Assembly: GCA_964548405.1 (NCBI GenBank)
Contig: CAZJPW010000004.1
Location: 1 to 55,753, forward strand
Reading direction: 5' to 3'
DNA: 55,753 nucleotides
Source: an uncultured Candidatus Saccharibacteria bacterium
Lineage (GTDB): Bacteria; Patescibacteriota; Minisyncoccia; Portnoybacterales; UBA2143
Under the pieces are notes generated by a model. The model saw only the letters and a list, made by a program, of their open reading frames with translations. It was not told the DNA's origin and made no database searches. The position numbers and the translations under genes were made by a program. This document shows positions 1 through 9,692 of this stretch, one piece after another; the stretch's first letter is position 1, and every line of letters begins with the position of its first letter.

Positions 1-22
1 CGATTTCGCAAAAAGTGAAAAT

Positions 23-111
<89 letters not shown>

Positions 112-194
112 ATATCGCTTAAAATACCACATTTTATAGCTTTTGGTCAAATAGCTATTGTTTTTGAATTATGTTTTAGGTAGTATATAAGTAT

Positions 195-1184
195 ATGAAA
201 AATATTTTAGTTATTATAGGCCTGGTTATATTACTAATTGGAGGCGCCTGGTATTATTTCCAGCAAGAACAACAAACGCCAGTTGATCAATCTAAATCAA
301 ATGATGAACAAGAATTCAATGATAGTGGTCGAGCTAAAGCTATTGAAGATGAAAAGGATTTATGGAAGGTTTATCAGGATAAAGATGGAAGATTTTCAAT
401 TAAATATCCAGGTAATGTTGATTTTGGAAAACAGGAAAATAGCTTATATACCCTAACAATTGAGAGTAATAAAGTAGCTGGATTAGAAGGAACCATGGGC
501 TATAACGAGGAAACAGCCTTGGAAAATATGGTTTCTTTGGAAAAAGGGGAATATGGTCAAGAAATTGATTTTCCTTTAACTGTTTCAAAAAAAGTAACAA
601 AGCTTAATAGTATTAATGCTCAGGAGTTTATGGTTTTAGGACGTTTTGAGGTTTGTGATGTTGCTTTTCAAAGAAAACTGTATTTCTTTAATAATGATTC
701 CCAAGTTGTAGTTACTCTTTATGGGTCTAGGGATCCACTTATTGAAGGTGCTTCAGAATACTTTGAAACTAATCCAGAGGATTGCCAAGATATGAAGGTT
801 TGGAATTTTGATAAACAAGCTCAGTTCTATCAAGATTTATCTCAGGGCAAGGGTTCTGAAACAGTCCAGGAATGGTTTGATTTATTTGATGAGATTGTTA
901 GTACAATTGAGTTTTATACTCCATCAGTTTTTGAGTTAATTAAAGGCAAATGGACTTCAATTGATGATAAAGATTCTGTAATTGAATTTAAAGATAAAAT
1001 AAAGATAGATTATTATGCTGGAGAGGAAATGTCTCAAGGAACTTTTGAACTTAAAGATAATAATCAACACTTAACCGTAACTATTGATAATGAAGTATTT
1101 GAGTACACTATTGTTGAATTAACAGATGATATTTTAACTTTAACCTATTTACCTCGGGGTAACACCTTGAAGTATCAGAGGTAA
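195..1184 (+). CDS. hypothetical secreted or membrane-anchored protein (329 aa)
   Basis: Long ORF with an N-terminal hydrophobic helix (MKNILVIIGLVILLIGGAWYYF), followed by a hairpin terminator. I recognise no family. Confidence 0.6.
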   Translation: MKNILVIIGLVILLIGGAWYYFQQEQQTPVDQSKSNDEQEFNDSGRAKAIEDEKDLWKVYQDKDGRFSIKYPGNVDFGKQENSLYTLTIESNKVAGLEGTMGYNEETALENMVSLEKGEYGQEIDFPLTVSKKVTKLNSINAQEFMVLGRFEVCDVAFQRKLYFFNNDSQVVVTLYGSRDPLIEGASEYFETNPEDCQDMKVWNFDKQAQFYQDLSQGKGSETVQEWFDLFDEIVSTIEFYTPSVFELIKGKWTSIDDKDSVIEFKDKIKIDYYAGEEMSQGTFELKDNNQHLTVTIDNEVFEYTIVELTDDILTLTYLPRGNTLKYQR

Positions 1185-1207
1185 GATTAAGTTGGATTAT
1201 AGAAATT

Positions 1208-1233
1208 GAAAATCCCCTGCCAGGGGATTTTCT
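1208..1233. terminator. hairpin terminator between the upstream CDS and tRNA-Val
   Basis: Stem aatcccctg / caggggatt followed by ttttct. It can serve both strands. Confidence 0.55.
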
Positions 1234-1238
1234 AATAG

Positions 1239-1311
1239 TGGGCAAGACAGGATTCGAACCTGTGACTCCTACGATGTAAGCGTAGTACTCTGACCGCTGA
1301 GTTACTTGCCC
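1239..1311 (-). tRNA. tRNA-Val(TAC)
   Basis: Reverse complement is GGGCAAGTAACTCAGCGGTCAGAGTACTACGCTTACATCGTAG...GGTTCGAATCC...CTTGCCCA. The anticodon loop CTTACAT gives TAC. CCA is not encoded. Confidence 0.85.
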
Positions 1312-1337
1312 AGATGTTTTCATCCTATCAGAATTTT

Positions 1338-1365
1338 TTGAAAAAATCCAGAGTTATGGTAGAAT
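1338..1365 (+). promoter_or_regulatory. sigma70-like promoter (TTGAAA-16/17-TAGAAT) abutting the start codon at 1372
   Basis: The -35 element ttgaaa is at 1338-1343 and the -10 element tagaat at 1360-1365, about 7 nt before the ATG. No SD is present, so the mRNA may be leaderless. Confidence 0.35.
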
Positions 1366-1371
1366 ATATTT

Positions 1372-2571
1372 ATGTTAGGTGAACTAGAAAAAAAATATTT
1401 TGACAAGCCTTTGTCTCAAGGGTTTGTTTCTTTATACACTGGCCGAACTATAATGATGATTGGGGGGGCACTTTTAGGGTTATTTTTACCTATTTTTTTG
1501 TATGAACTATTTAATCAGAACTTTATCGCTGTGGTTTTGTATTATAGTATTGGTTTTTTTCTTTACGGAATAACTATTACTGTTGGAGCTAAATTTTTAA
1601 ATAGGTTTGGCTTTAAAAAAGCTCTACAAGTTAGTATTCTTTTGGCAGCTTTATTCTATGTTATTTTTTATTTAATAGATAAACAAGGATCAAGTGAATT
1701 AATTCCTCTGACTGTTTTGGTAGTGGTTCTTTTTAGACTATTTCATTGGTTGCCTTATCATGTTGACTTTGCTAAGTTTAGTGATAAGAAGAATAGAGCT
1801 AAGCAAGTAAGTATTTTAAGTGCTACTCGTTTGGCTTTAGGTATTTTTATTCCTCTAATTTCAGGTTTGATTATAGCTAAATTTGGTTTTGATATTCTTT
1901 TTATGATTGCTATTGTCTTATATCTTTTGGCTGGTATTCCATATATGGCTGTTCCTAGAACTAGAGAAAAGTTTAGTTGGACAATAGGGCAGACCTGGAA
2001 GCAGTTTTTTTCCAAAAAAAGAAGAAACATGATTTTGGCCTATATGGCTGATGGGGCGGAAAATATGGTTGGTCTAGTTGTTTGGCCTATTTTCATATAT
2101 CAGCTTTTAAATGGAAATTATTTTCAAATAGGTGTTTTATCAACTTTAATAGTTGCCATCACTGTTATTTTGCAGCTTTTTACTGGGAAATATATTGATT
2201 CCAAGATATCTAAAGAAAAAGCAGTGCATTGGGGTAGCGCCTTATACGCCTTAGGCTGGGTTGCGAAGGTATTTATTGTTACTGCTTTTCAGATATTCAT
2301 TGTTGGCGCTTATCACAGCATTACCAGTATTCTATTAAGAACCCCCTTTGATGCTTTAACTTATGAAATAGCGGCTGATCAAGGACACTATGTTGATGAA
2401 TTCACAGTTTTAAGAGAAATGTCTATTAATTTGGGTAGAACCGTTATGGCTATCTTAATAATTTTAATTTCATTCTATTTTGCTATGCAATGGGTCTTTA
2501 TTCTAGCAGCCATAGCTACTATAATTTTTAATCTTCTTGAACAAAGAGATGTTAAATTAAATGTTACCTAA
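1372..2571 (+). CDS. MFS-type transporter (399 aa, about 12 TM)
   Basis: Polytopic membrane protein. The TM2-TM3 loop FLNRFGFKKAL resembles MFS motif A (G-x-LaD-R-x-G-R-K). Confidence 0.5.
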   Translation: MLGELEKKYFDKPLSQGFVSLYTGRTIMMIGGALLGLFLPIFLYELFNQNFIAVVLYYSIGFFLYGITITVGAKFLNRFGFKKALQVSILLAALFYVIFYLIDKQGSSELIPLTVLVVVLFRLFHWLPYHVDFAKFSDKKNRAKQVSILSATRLALGIFIPLISGLIIAKFGFDILFMIAIVLYLLAGIPYMAVPRTREKFSWTIGQTWKQFFSKKRRNMILAYMADGAENMVGLVVWPIFIYQLLNGNYFQIGVLSTLIVAITVILQLFTGKYIDSKISKEKAVHWGSALYALGWVAKVFIVTAFQIFIVGAYHSITSILLRTPFDALTYEIAADQGHYVDEFTVLREMSINLGRTVMAILIILISFYFAMQWVFILAAIATIIFNLLEQRDVKLNVT

Positions 2572-3865
2572 TTTAAAGGGTAAGAAAATTACAATTATGG
2601 GGTTAGGGGTTTTGGGTCGAGGTATTGGTCTGGCCCAATTTTTAGTTGAACAGGGAGTTGATTTGATTGTTACTGATTTAAAAACAAAAAAACAACTTAA
2701 GCCAGCTTTAGAACAATTAAAAAAATTCAGGAATATTAAGTATATTTTGGGTAAACATAGATTAGTTGATTTTAGGGATAAAGATATGGTTATTAAGGCA
2801 GCCAGTGTACCTTTTGATTCTAAATATATTAAAGAGGCAATTAAAAACAAAATTCCCGTAGAAATGGATTCTTCTTTATTTGCTAAGTTAACCCAAGCTA
2901 AAATCATTGGTATTACTGGTACTAGAGGTAAATCGACTGTGACTGATATTATTTATCAAATTCTTAAAAAAGAGTATTCTCAGGGCAATGTTTTTCTTGG
3001 AGGCAATGTTAAAGGAATAGCTACACTCCCCTTTCTTAAGAAAATTAGAAAAAATGATATTATTGTCCTAGAACTTGATTCCTGGCAACTTCAAGGTTTT
3101 GGCGATTCAAAAATCAGCCCTGATATATCTGTTATGACTAATTTTCTAAGAGATCATATGAATTACTACAAAAATGACATGATTCGATATTTTAACGACA
3201 AAGCTAATATTTTCAAATATCAAGATAAAAATGATTATTTAATTATTAGCCCGCAAGCAAAAAAACAAATTCAAAAAAGATTTAAAGGAAAGATTAAAAG
3301 TAAAGTTACTATTTCCCAAAACAAAAAATGGTTAACTAAGCTACCTGGTCAGCATAATCAAGATAATATCAATTTGGCTGTCAAAGTATTAAAGCTTTTT
3401 AAAATAAAAGATTCAGTTATTCAAAAGTATTTGAAAAATTATTCAGGTTTGCCTGGCCGAACGGAATTAGTTAGAAAATTCAAAGGCATTGAATATTATA
3501 ACGATACTAATGCCACTAGTCCGGAAGCAACAATAGCTGCGATTAAGTCTATGGGAAATAATATTATTCTGATTGCTGGGGGTAATGATAAGGAATTAAA
3601 ATACAAAGAAATGGTTCAAGTAATTGAGAAAAAAGTCAAAACGCTCGTTTTAATTAAAGGGACGGCGACTAATAAGATTATTAATTTAATGGGTTATTCA
3701 GTTGAAACTGTTGATAATATGAAGGATGCAGTTAAAAAAGCTAATAAATTTGCAAAAAAAGGCGATATAGTTTTAATGTCTCCAGGCGCAGCCAGTTTTG
3801 GTGTTTTTAAGAATGAATATGACCGAGGAGACCAGTTTAGAGAATTAATTAAAGGGTTGAAATAA
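2561..3865 (+). CDS. murD: UDP-N-acetylmuramoylalanine--D-glutamate ligase
   Basis: N-terminus KITIMGLGVLGRGIGLAQFL and the Mur ligase P-loop GITGTRGKSTVT are present. It overlaps murC by 1 nt. Confidence 0.85.
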   Translation: MLPNLKGKKITIMGLGVLGRGIGLAQFLVEQGVDLIVTDLKTKKQLKPALEQLKKFRNIKYILGKHRLVDFRDKDMVIKAASVPFDSKYIKEAIKNKIPVEMDSSLFAKLTQAKIIGITGTRGKSTVTDIIYQILKKEYSQGNVFLGGNVKGIATLPFLKKIRKNDIIVLELDSWQLQGFGDSKISPDISVMTNFLRDHMNYYKNDMIRYFNDKANIFKYQDKNDYLIISPQAKKQIQKRFKGKIKSKVTISQNKKWLTKLPGQHNQDNINLAVKVLKLFKIKDSVIQKYLKNYSGLPGRTELVRKFKGIEYYNDTNATSPEATIAAIKSMGNNIILIAGGNDKELKYKEMVQVIEKKVKTLVLIKGTATNKIINLMGYSVETVDNMKDAVKKANKFAKKGDIVLMSPGAASFGVFKNEYDRGDQFRELIKGLK

Positions 3866-5154
3866 TGTTTGAAAATATTAAAAAAGTTCACTTTATTGGT
3901 ATCGGCGGCATTGGCGTCTCAGCTTTGGCTAAAATGATGCTTTTACTAAAAAAGAAAGTATCTGGTTCTGATATTTCAGAAAATATTGTTAATCAAAGAA
4001 TTAAGAAGCTAGGTGCTAAAGTTTTTATCGGTCATAAAAAATCAAATCTGACTAAAAATACAGATATGGTTATTTATACGCCAGCTGTCAAACAAAGTAA
4101 TCCAGAATTAAGAAAAGCCAAACAACTAAAAATCCCCTCTTATTCTTATCCTCAAGCTCTAGGGTTAATTTCTAAAGAGAAATATACTATTGCTGTGGCT
4201 GGTACTCACGGAAAAACCACAACTACAGCCATGCTGGCTGAAACAATGATTTCAGCTAAAAAAGATCCTACAGTAATCATTGGCAGTTTTTTAAGAAAAC
4301 AAAAAGATAATTTTATTCCAGGCAAAAGTAAGTATTTTTTGGTTGAAGCTTGCGAATACAAAGAATCATTTTTAAATCTTTATCCTGATATTTTAATCAT
4401 TACTAATATTGATAACGATCATTTGGATTATTTTAAAAATATTAAAAATATTCAAAAAGTTTTTGCTCAAATGATCAGTAAGGTTCCAAAAAATGGTTTT
4501 ATCGTTTGTAATCCTAAAAATGAGAATACAAAACAAGCTTTGAAACTAGCTAAAATAAAAGCAGAAGTAGTTGATTATACCAAAGCCAAAAAACTTAAAT
4601 TACAAGTCCCAGGAGAACATAATATTGAAAATGCTCAGGCAGCTTTAGTGGTCAGTAAGTTAATTAAGATTAAAAGCCAACAAGCTGGAAAATCTTTAAA
4701 AAATTATCTTGGAGTCTGGCGTAGGTTTGAATACAAGGGATGGAGCAAGAAAGGAGTTTTAATCTATGATGATTATGCCCATCATCCTTTAGAAGTAAAA
4801 GCAACCGTTGAAGCAGCCAGAGAAAAATTCAAAAATCAAAAAATATTTATTGTTTTTCAACCTCATTTGTATTCTCGAACTAAATTATTAATAAATGATT
4901 TTGCTCAGAGTTTTAATTCGGCAGATCAAGTAATTATTACTGATATTTATGCTGCCCGGGAAAAAATGGATAAATCTATCCACGCTAGAGATTTAGTTAA
5001 ACAAATTAGAAAACATAATCCATTTGTTATCTATCTTAAAGATTTTGAGAAGATAGAGGAATATTTAAAAAAAGAAACCAAGAAAAATGATGTTATTATC
5101 ACTTTAGGAGCAGGGAATGTTTATGAAATTGGAGAAAGCTTGACAGATATTTAA
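3865..5154 (+). CDS. murC: UDP-N-acetylmuramate--L-alanine ligase
   Basis: The MurC N-terminus HFIGIGGIGVSALA and P-loop AVAGTHGKTTTTAM are present. Confidence 0.85.
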   Translation: MFENIKKVHFIGIGGIGVSALAKMMLLLKKKVSGSDISENIVNQRIKKLGAKVFIGHKKSNLTKNTDMVIYTPAVKQSNPELRKAKQLKIPSYSYPQALGLISKEKYTIAVAGTHGKTTTTAMLAETMISAKKDPTVIIGSFLRKQKDNFIPGKSKYFLVEACEYKESFLNLYPDILIITNIDNDHLDYFKNIKNIQKVFAQMISKVPKNGFIVCNPKNENTKQALKLAKIKAEVVDYTKAKKLKLQVPGEHNIENAQAALVVSKLIKIKSQQAGKSLKNYLGVWRRFEYKGWSKKGVLIYDDYAHHPLEVKATVEAAREKFKNQKIFIVFQPHLYSRTKLLINDFAQSFNSADQVIITDIYAAREKMDKSIHARDLVKQIRKHNPFVIYLKDFEKIEEYLKKETKKNDVIITLGAGNVYEIGESLTDI

Positions 5155-5357
5155 TCTATAGTATTATTAATACTAATGGAATATTATTATCACAATCAAA
5201 TAAAGCGTTGTCCAGCCAATTTAAATGTTGGCGTCTTTGGTATTTCCAATACTATGGAAAATACCAAAAATTTTGTTTGGCCTGGGCGGTGTTTAATTAA
5301 TTGTGATAATATGCTTATAATATAATTTCTAAGACAAATTGCGTTTAAAAACCTCCT

Positions 5358-5383
5358 CGGCCAGACAAAAGGCCGTTTTTTTA
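5358..5383 (+). terminator. rho-independent terminator after murC
   Basis: Hairpin cggccagacaaaaggccg followed by ttttttt. Confidence 0.6.
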
Positions 5384-5481
5384 TTTCGTCTGGAAAGTTC
5401 TTTAAAAAGAGAGGAGGTGATACTAATTTAAGGCTATGGTTAAGATTGGAATTAACAGAATAATTAAGAAGGAGATTAAAA

Positions 5482-6309
5482 ATGAAAAAGAAAAAAAATT
5501 GGATTGATTCGTTTTTTGGCGGAGAGGAAGATTTTTATGGGACAAGTTATAAAGCTATGGGTCGTTTTGATCCGGAAAAAACTGAGCATGAAGTATCCTC
5601 GATATTGAAACTCTTAGAGCCAAAAAAACGAGGAGTCCCTTTTGGAATGCATTATGATTCTAATCTAGAAGGTCGCATTCTTGATTGGTGTGGTGGTTGG
5701 GGGAGACATGCTATTATGTTGGCTAGAGAGGGATTTAAAGTGACTTTGCTTGATTTTTGCCAAGAATATCTTGATCAAGCAAAACAGGAGGCAAAACGGA
5801 TGGGTAAAAGTATTCTAGACAACCTAAATTTAGTTCATGCTGATTTTAGGAAAACACCTCCAGAAATCCAGGCTGATTATGCAATTAATATATTTACAGC
5901 TGGATTGGGATATCTTGGCGAAGAGAACGACATTATTGCTTTGAAATCTCTTTTTGCCGCGCTTAAACCCGGCGCTCGATTCCTGGTTGATACGATGAAT
6001 ATTTTCTGGATAGTCAAGAATTTCCAAGAACGTGCTTGGAGCGAGTCCCTTGATATGACTAAAAGGATAATCGAAAAGAGACGGATTGATTTCTGGAATC
6101 ATATCCTTCGTGCAGAACTTGTTTATCAAGATACGGAAGCGCAGATAGAAAAGAAAAGAGAGACAGATCATAAAATATATTCTCCGGCTGAATTAGCCCG
6201 TGTTTTGAGAGTTGCTGGATTTAAACCAGTAGAACTTTATGGAGATTTTGATGGTTCAAAATTTAGTCCTGAGTCGAAAAGAATTGTCATGATTTCCGAA
6301 AGACCTTAA
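5482..6309 (+). CDS. class I SAM-dependent methyltransferase (275 aa)
   Basis: Motif I ILDWCGGWGRHAIMLAREGFKVTLLDF. The gene is GC-richer than its flanks, and a GGAG RBS sits upstream (aagaaggagattaaaaatg). Confidence 0.7.
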   Translation: MKKKKNWIDSFFGGEEDFYGTSYKAMGRFDPEKTEHEVSSILKLLEPKKRGVPFGMHYDSNLEGRILDWCGGWGRHAIMLAREGFKVTLLDFCQEYLDQAKQEAKRMGKSILDNLNLVHADFRKTPPEIQADYAINIFTAGLGYLGEENDIIALKSLFAALKPGARFLVDTMNIFWIVKNFQERAWSESLDMTKRIIEKRRIDFWNHILRAELVYQDTEAQIEKKRETDHKIYSPAELARVLRVAGFKPVELYGDFDGSKFSPESKRIVMISERP

Positions 6310-6365
6310 TTCTAGGTAAAAACCATTAACCAAAAGGGCATCCAAATGGATGCCTTTTTGAAATG

Positions 6366-6448
6366 TGCCCAGGGCGGGACTCGAACCCGCACGCCTCGAA
6401 AGACACAGGCCCTCAACCTGCTGTGTAAACCAATTCCACCACCTGGGC
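6366..6448 (-). tRNA. tRNA-Leu(GAG), class II
   Basis: Reverse complement is GCCCAGGTGGTGGAATTGG...CAGG TTGAGGG CCTG... with a long variable arm and T-arm GGGTTCGAGTCCC. The anticodon is GAG. Confidence 0.8.
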
Positions 6449-6459
6449 TTATTCTTCTT

Positions 6460-6888
6460 TTAATTCCTTTTCTTCGTTTTTTCTTTATTGTCCCGCTCGA
6501 CGGGGTCAACTTTTTTAGGTTTTTTGTTTTCGCCGTTGGCGTTCTTAATTTCCTTAAGACGAGATTTTTTAGCAGATTTATCACGGATGTAATAAAGTTT
6601 AGCTCGTCTGACTTTTCCTTTTTTAACTACTTCAATTTTTTCAATAAAAGGTGCATGAATAGGGAAAATTCTTTCAACGCCTAATCCGGAAGTAACTTTT
6701 CTAACTGTAATCGTAGCATTAATGCCTTGGCCGTGTTTTCGGGCAATAATTAAGCCTTCAAAGACTTGAATTCTTTGTTTATCGCCTTCTTTAATCTTTT
6801 GATGAACCCGGACAGTATAACCAGACTTCATCTCAGGTAAATCTTTCTTTAATTGTCTCTTATTAAATTCGTCTAATTTTTTACTCAT
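6460..6888 (-). CDS. rplS: 50S ribosomal protein L19 with a K-rich C-terminal extension
   Basis: [32 protein letters not shown]...[13 protein letters not shown] is a typical L19 sequence. Confidence 0.85.
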   Translation of the reverse strand: MSKKLDEFNKRQLKKDLPEMKSGYTVRVHQKIKEGDKQRIQVFEGLIIARKHGQGINATITVRKVTSGLGVERIFPIHAPFIEKIEVVKKGKVRRAKLYYIRDKSAKKSRLKEIKNANGENKKPKKVDPVERDNKEKTKKRN

Positions 6889-7555
6889 ATATAATATTTT
6901 TTAAATCTTGAGGTAATTCTGATTTGAATTCCACCATCTTACCATCAACTAATTTAAATTTCAAGTAAGCAGCATGAAGGAATTGTCTAGTCAGACCCTT
7001 CGGGGTTTTTAATCGTTTAAACTTGTATTGTTGATCACCGACAATCGGATAACCGATTGAATGTAAATGAATCCTGATTTGATGGGTTCTACCTGTTTTG
7101 GGATAAGCTTTTAATAGAGTATAGTTTTTGAATCTTTGAATAACTTGGTATTCTGTAATTGCTGGCTTTGAATTTTTATCCAGTAAAGCACTTCTTTTCT
7201 TGAAATCTTTTTTTGAAAAACTGATTGATTTGGTAATGGTTCCTTTATCATCTTTAATTATTCCATGAACCAAAGCTAAGTATTTTTTAATGATTTTCCT
7301 GTCTTGAAACTGCTTTTTTAAATACTCAAAAGCTTTATTATTCTTAGCTACGACCATTAAACCTGAAGTATCTTTATCCAATCTATGAACAATACCAGGT
7401 CTTAAAGGATTGTCGCCTACATCTTTAATTTTTGGATAGTAGGCGAGTAATTGGTTAACTAAAGTATTATCTTGTTCTGGTTTGACCGGATGAACTGTCA
7501 ATCCAGCTGGTTTATCTATAACTAAAACGCCTTCATTTTCAAAAATGATTTTCAT
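6881..7555 (-). CDS. RluA-family pseudouridine synthase (no S4 domain)
   Basis: Catalytic motif [12 protein letters not shown] and [12 protein letters not shown] are present. It overlaps rplS by 8 nt. Confidence 0.8.
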   Translation of the reverse strand: MKIIFENEGVLVIDKPAGLTVHPVKPEQDNTLVNQLLAYYPKIKDVGDNPLRPGIVHRLDKDTSGLMVVAKNNKAFEYLKKQFQDRKIIKKYLALVHGIIKDDKGTITKSISFSKKDFKKRSALLDKNSKPAITEYQVIQRFKNYTLLKAYPKTGRTHQIRIHLHSIGYPIVGDQQYKFKRLKTPKGLTRQFLHAAYLKFKLVDGKMVEFKSELPQDLKNIIYE

Positions 7556-7556
7556 G

Positions 7557-7629
7557 TGGACCGTGCCGGATTCGAACCGGCGACCTTCTCATTGCAAATG
7601 AGGTGCTCTACCAGCTGAGCTAACGGCCC
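7557..7629 (-). tRNA. tRNA-Ala(TGC)
   Basis: Reverse complement is GGGCCGTTAGCTCAGCTGGTAGAGCACCTCATTTGCAATGAG...GGTTCGAATCC...ACGGTCCA. The G3:U70 identity pair is present and the anticodon is TGC. Confidence 0.85.
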
Positions 7630-7678
7630 GTATTAGTAATAAAATAGCAGGATTTTGAGGAAAAAGCAAGGTTGTAAG

Positions 7679-7707
7679 TTGACTTATCTAAAGATTGAAC
7701 CTATACT
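7679..7707 (+). promoter_or_regulatory. sigma70-like promoter TTGACT-17-TATACT, about 9 nt upstream of the ATG at 7717
   Basis: Exact 17-nt spacing. No SD lies between the -10 element and the ATG, so a leaderless or very short leader is likely. Confidence 0.4.
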
Positions 7708-7716
7708 AAAAACATT

Positions 7717-8658
7717 ATGACTATAAAACAAATTTTTGATTTGGCGATAAAAATTGGGGTAGAGAATGATTTTCGAACTAAAAAGGAAATCAAGGAGTTT
7801 TTAAAGAGGAAGAAGGAGAAATACAACAAGCTTCCTAAAGAAGAAAAGAAGTTTTTTGATAAGGAAGAATTAATTAATCCTTATTCAGATTCTCGGATTC
7901 ATTTTGATGGCGGAAAGAAGAATATCAAAAAAGCTTTAGTTGGAATTGATTTAAGTATGGGTGGTGTTTTATTAGCCAAAGAGTTAGGTGTTGATTTAAT
8001 TATTAACCATCATCCAATTGGCATGGGCTTAGCCAAGTTAGATGATGTTATGGAATTACAGGTTGATATGATGGAAAAATTTGGCGTCCCAGTTAATATT
8101 GCTGAAAAAACTATTCACAAAAGGATTTCTGAAGTAGCTAGAGGTCTTAATCCGGCTAATCATTATGTAACAGTTGATGCGGCTAAATTGTTAAAAATCA
8201 ATTTGATCAATATTCATACTCCAGCCGATAACTGTGTGGCTCAATTTGTTACTAAAAAAATTGAAAAGGTAAAACCAAAGTATGTTAGCGATGTAATGAA
8301 AGTTTTAAATTCTATTAAAGAATATCAGGAGGCAAAAAAACAAGGAGTTGGACCAACTCTTTTTGCTGGAAAAGAGGATAATCGTTGTGGTAAAGTGGTT
8401 GTTTCAGAAATGACTGGCGGGACTGAAGGTTCAAAAGAAATTTATCAGGCTATGGCTAATGCAGGTATTGGAACAGTAGTAGGGATGCATCAAAGTGAAG
8501 CCCATCGTAAAGCAGCTGAAAAGGCCCATATTAATGTAATTATTGCTGGGCACATTTCTTCAGATAATATTGGTATGAATATTATCTTAGATGAATTAAA
8601 GAAAAAAGGAATAAAGATTATTCCTTATTCAGGGTTAATCAGGGTTTCTAGGAAATAA
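7717..8658 (+). CDS. Nif3-family dinuclear metal-centre protein
   Basis: LIINHHPIGMG (the HHP motif) and the C-terminal AGHISSD are characteristic of NIF3/YqfO. Confidence 0.7.
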   Translation: MTIKQIFDLAIKIGVENDFRTKKEIKEFLKRKKEKYNKLPKEEKKFFDKEELINPYSDSRIHFDGGKKNIKKALVGIDLSMGGVLLAKELGVDLIINHHPIGMGLAKLDDVMELQVDMMEKFGVPVNIAEKTIHKRISEVARGLNPANHYVTVDAAKLLKINLINIHTPADNCVAQFVTKKIEKVKPKYVSDVMKVLNSIKEYQEAKKQGVGPTLFAGKEDNRCGKVVVSEMTGGTEGSKEIYQAMANAGIGTVVGMHQSEAHRKAAEKAHINVIIAGHISSDNIGMNIILDELKKKGIKIIPYSGLIRVSRK

Positions 8659-8718
8659 TTTGAGTCTTGAAAATCAAAAATCACCTAAGCAGGTGATTTT
8701 TGGTTTATAGAATGATTC

Positions 8719-9576
8719 CTATTTTCCCACAATATCTTTTCCATAAACTCCTTTTAACAGCTCTATATCTTTTTTAGACTGAAGCAGTAATTCTATATTT
8801 TTTTCCTGGGCTTTTTCAAGAAAGTCATTTCCTTTTTTGTCTTTTGGATTTAGTTTTTTGTACATCTGGGCAAAAGCAGCGAAATCTTTAATAAAACAAT
8901 TACCGCCTGCACCCCGACCCGTTTTGTGAATAGGATCCAAATGAGTGAATCCTATTCTTGGATCATAGCTTATAGCATCCTTTACTGTTTCATAGTCAAG
9001 ATCCATTTTTTTAGCCAAGTCATAGATAAGATTAATGTAAATGACTTTAAGGTAGAACCAGCAGTTGCCGGTATATTTTATTAGTTCAGCAGTCTTGGCT
9101 GGCAGAATTGATTTATATGGGGCTTCTGGTAAGGTTTTCATTACCTTATTAGCCGCTCTTCTGCCTTTTTCATTAACGTACCCAATAATGTTTCTTTTGG
9201 GATGATTAGCGTCATAGCGGGCATCAGCTTCAGTTAAGAATTCAGGAGAATGCAGAACTATTTTTTTAGGATATTTCTTTTGTAGTTTTTCTGTGGTGCC
9301 AGGAATAACAGTAGATTTAATAACCGCTATTTTGCCTTCTTTGATCACAGACAGCGCTTTTTCTACGATAGAGGCGTCAAATTTGTCTTGGCAAGTTGGT
9401 GTAGGCACAGCTATAAAAATTATGTCACAGCTTTTAATCTTATTCTTATTCTTCAGATACTCTAGTTCTTTAGCATACCTTACAACCTGATAACCTCTAC
9501 TTTCGAAATTATCAGCGTAATTTTTACCAATCCAGCCCTGACCTATGAAGCCAATTTTTTGTTTTTGTTTTTTCAT
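8719..9576 (-). CDS. UDP-glucose/GDP-mannose 6-dehydrogenase family protein that appears to lack the C-terminal UDP-binding domain
   Basis: N-terminal Rossmann motif KIGFIGQGWIGKN, then VPTPT, and the catalytic Cys motif GRGAGGNCFIKD. At 285 aa it is short for this family. Confidence 0.6.
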   Translation of the reverse strand: MKKQKQKIGFIGQGWIGKNYADNFESRGYQVVRYAKELEYLKNKNKIKSCDIIFIAVPTPTCQDKFDASIVEKALSVIKEGKIAVIKSTVIPGTTEKLQKKYPKKIVLHSPEFLTEADARYDANHPKRNIIGYVNEKGRRAANKVMKTLPEAPYKSILPAKTAELIKYTGNCWFYLKVIYINLIYDLAKKMDLDYETVKDAISYDPRIGFTHLDPIHKTGRGAGGNCFIKDFAAFAQMYKKLNPKDKKGNDFLEKAQEKNIELLLQSKKDIELLKGVYGKDIVGK

Positions 9577-9614
9577 ATTTTATCAATTAAAAAAATATCT
9601 TACGATATAATTCT

Positions 9615-9691
9615 TGGTGGGCGGTACAGGAATCGAACCTGTGACCTCATCAATGTCAATGATGCGCGCTAACCGACTGCGCCAACCGCCC
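9615..9691 (-). tRNA. tRNA-Val(GAC)
   Basis: Reverse complement is GGGCGGTTGGCGCAGTCGGTTAGCGCGCATCATTGACATTGATG...GGTTCGATTCC...ACCGCCCACCA. The anticodon is GAC and CCA is encoded. Confidence 0.85.
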
Positions 9692-9692
9692 C

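Noticed and set aside
6312-6684. Overlapping ORFs 6312-6584(-) and 6346-6684(+)
   Set aside because: They run through tRNA-Leu(GAG) and the rplS 3' region and are low-complexity (K/R-rich, F-rich) frame artefacts.
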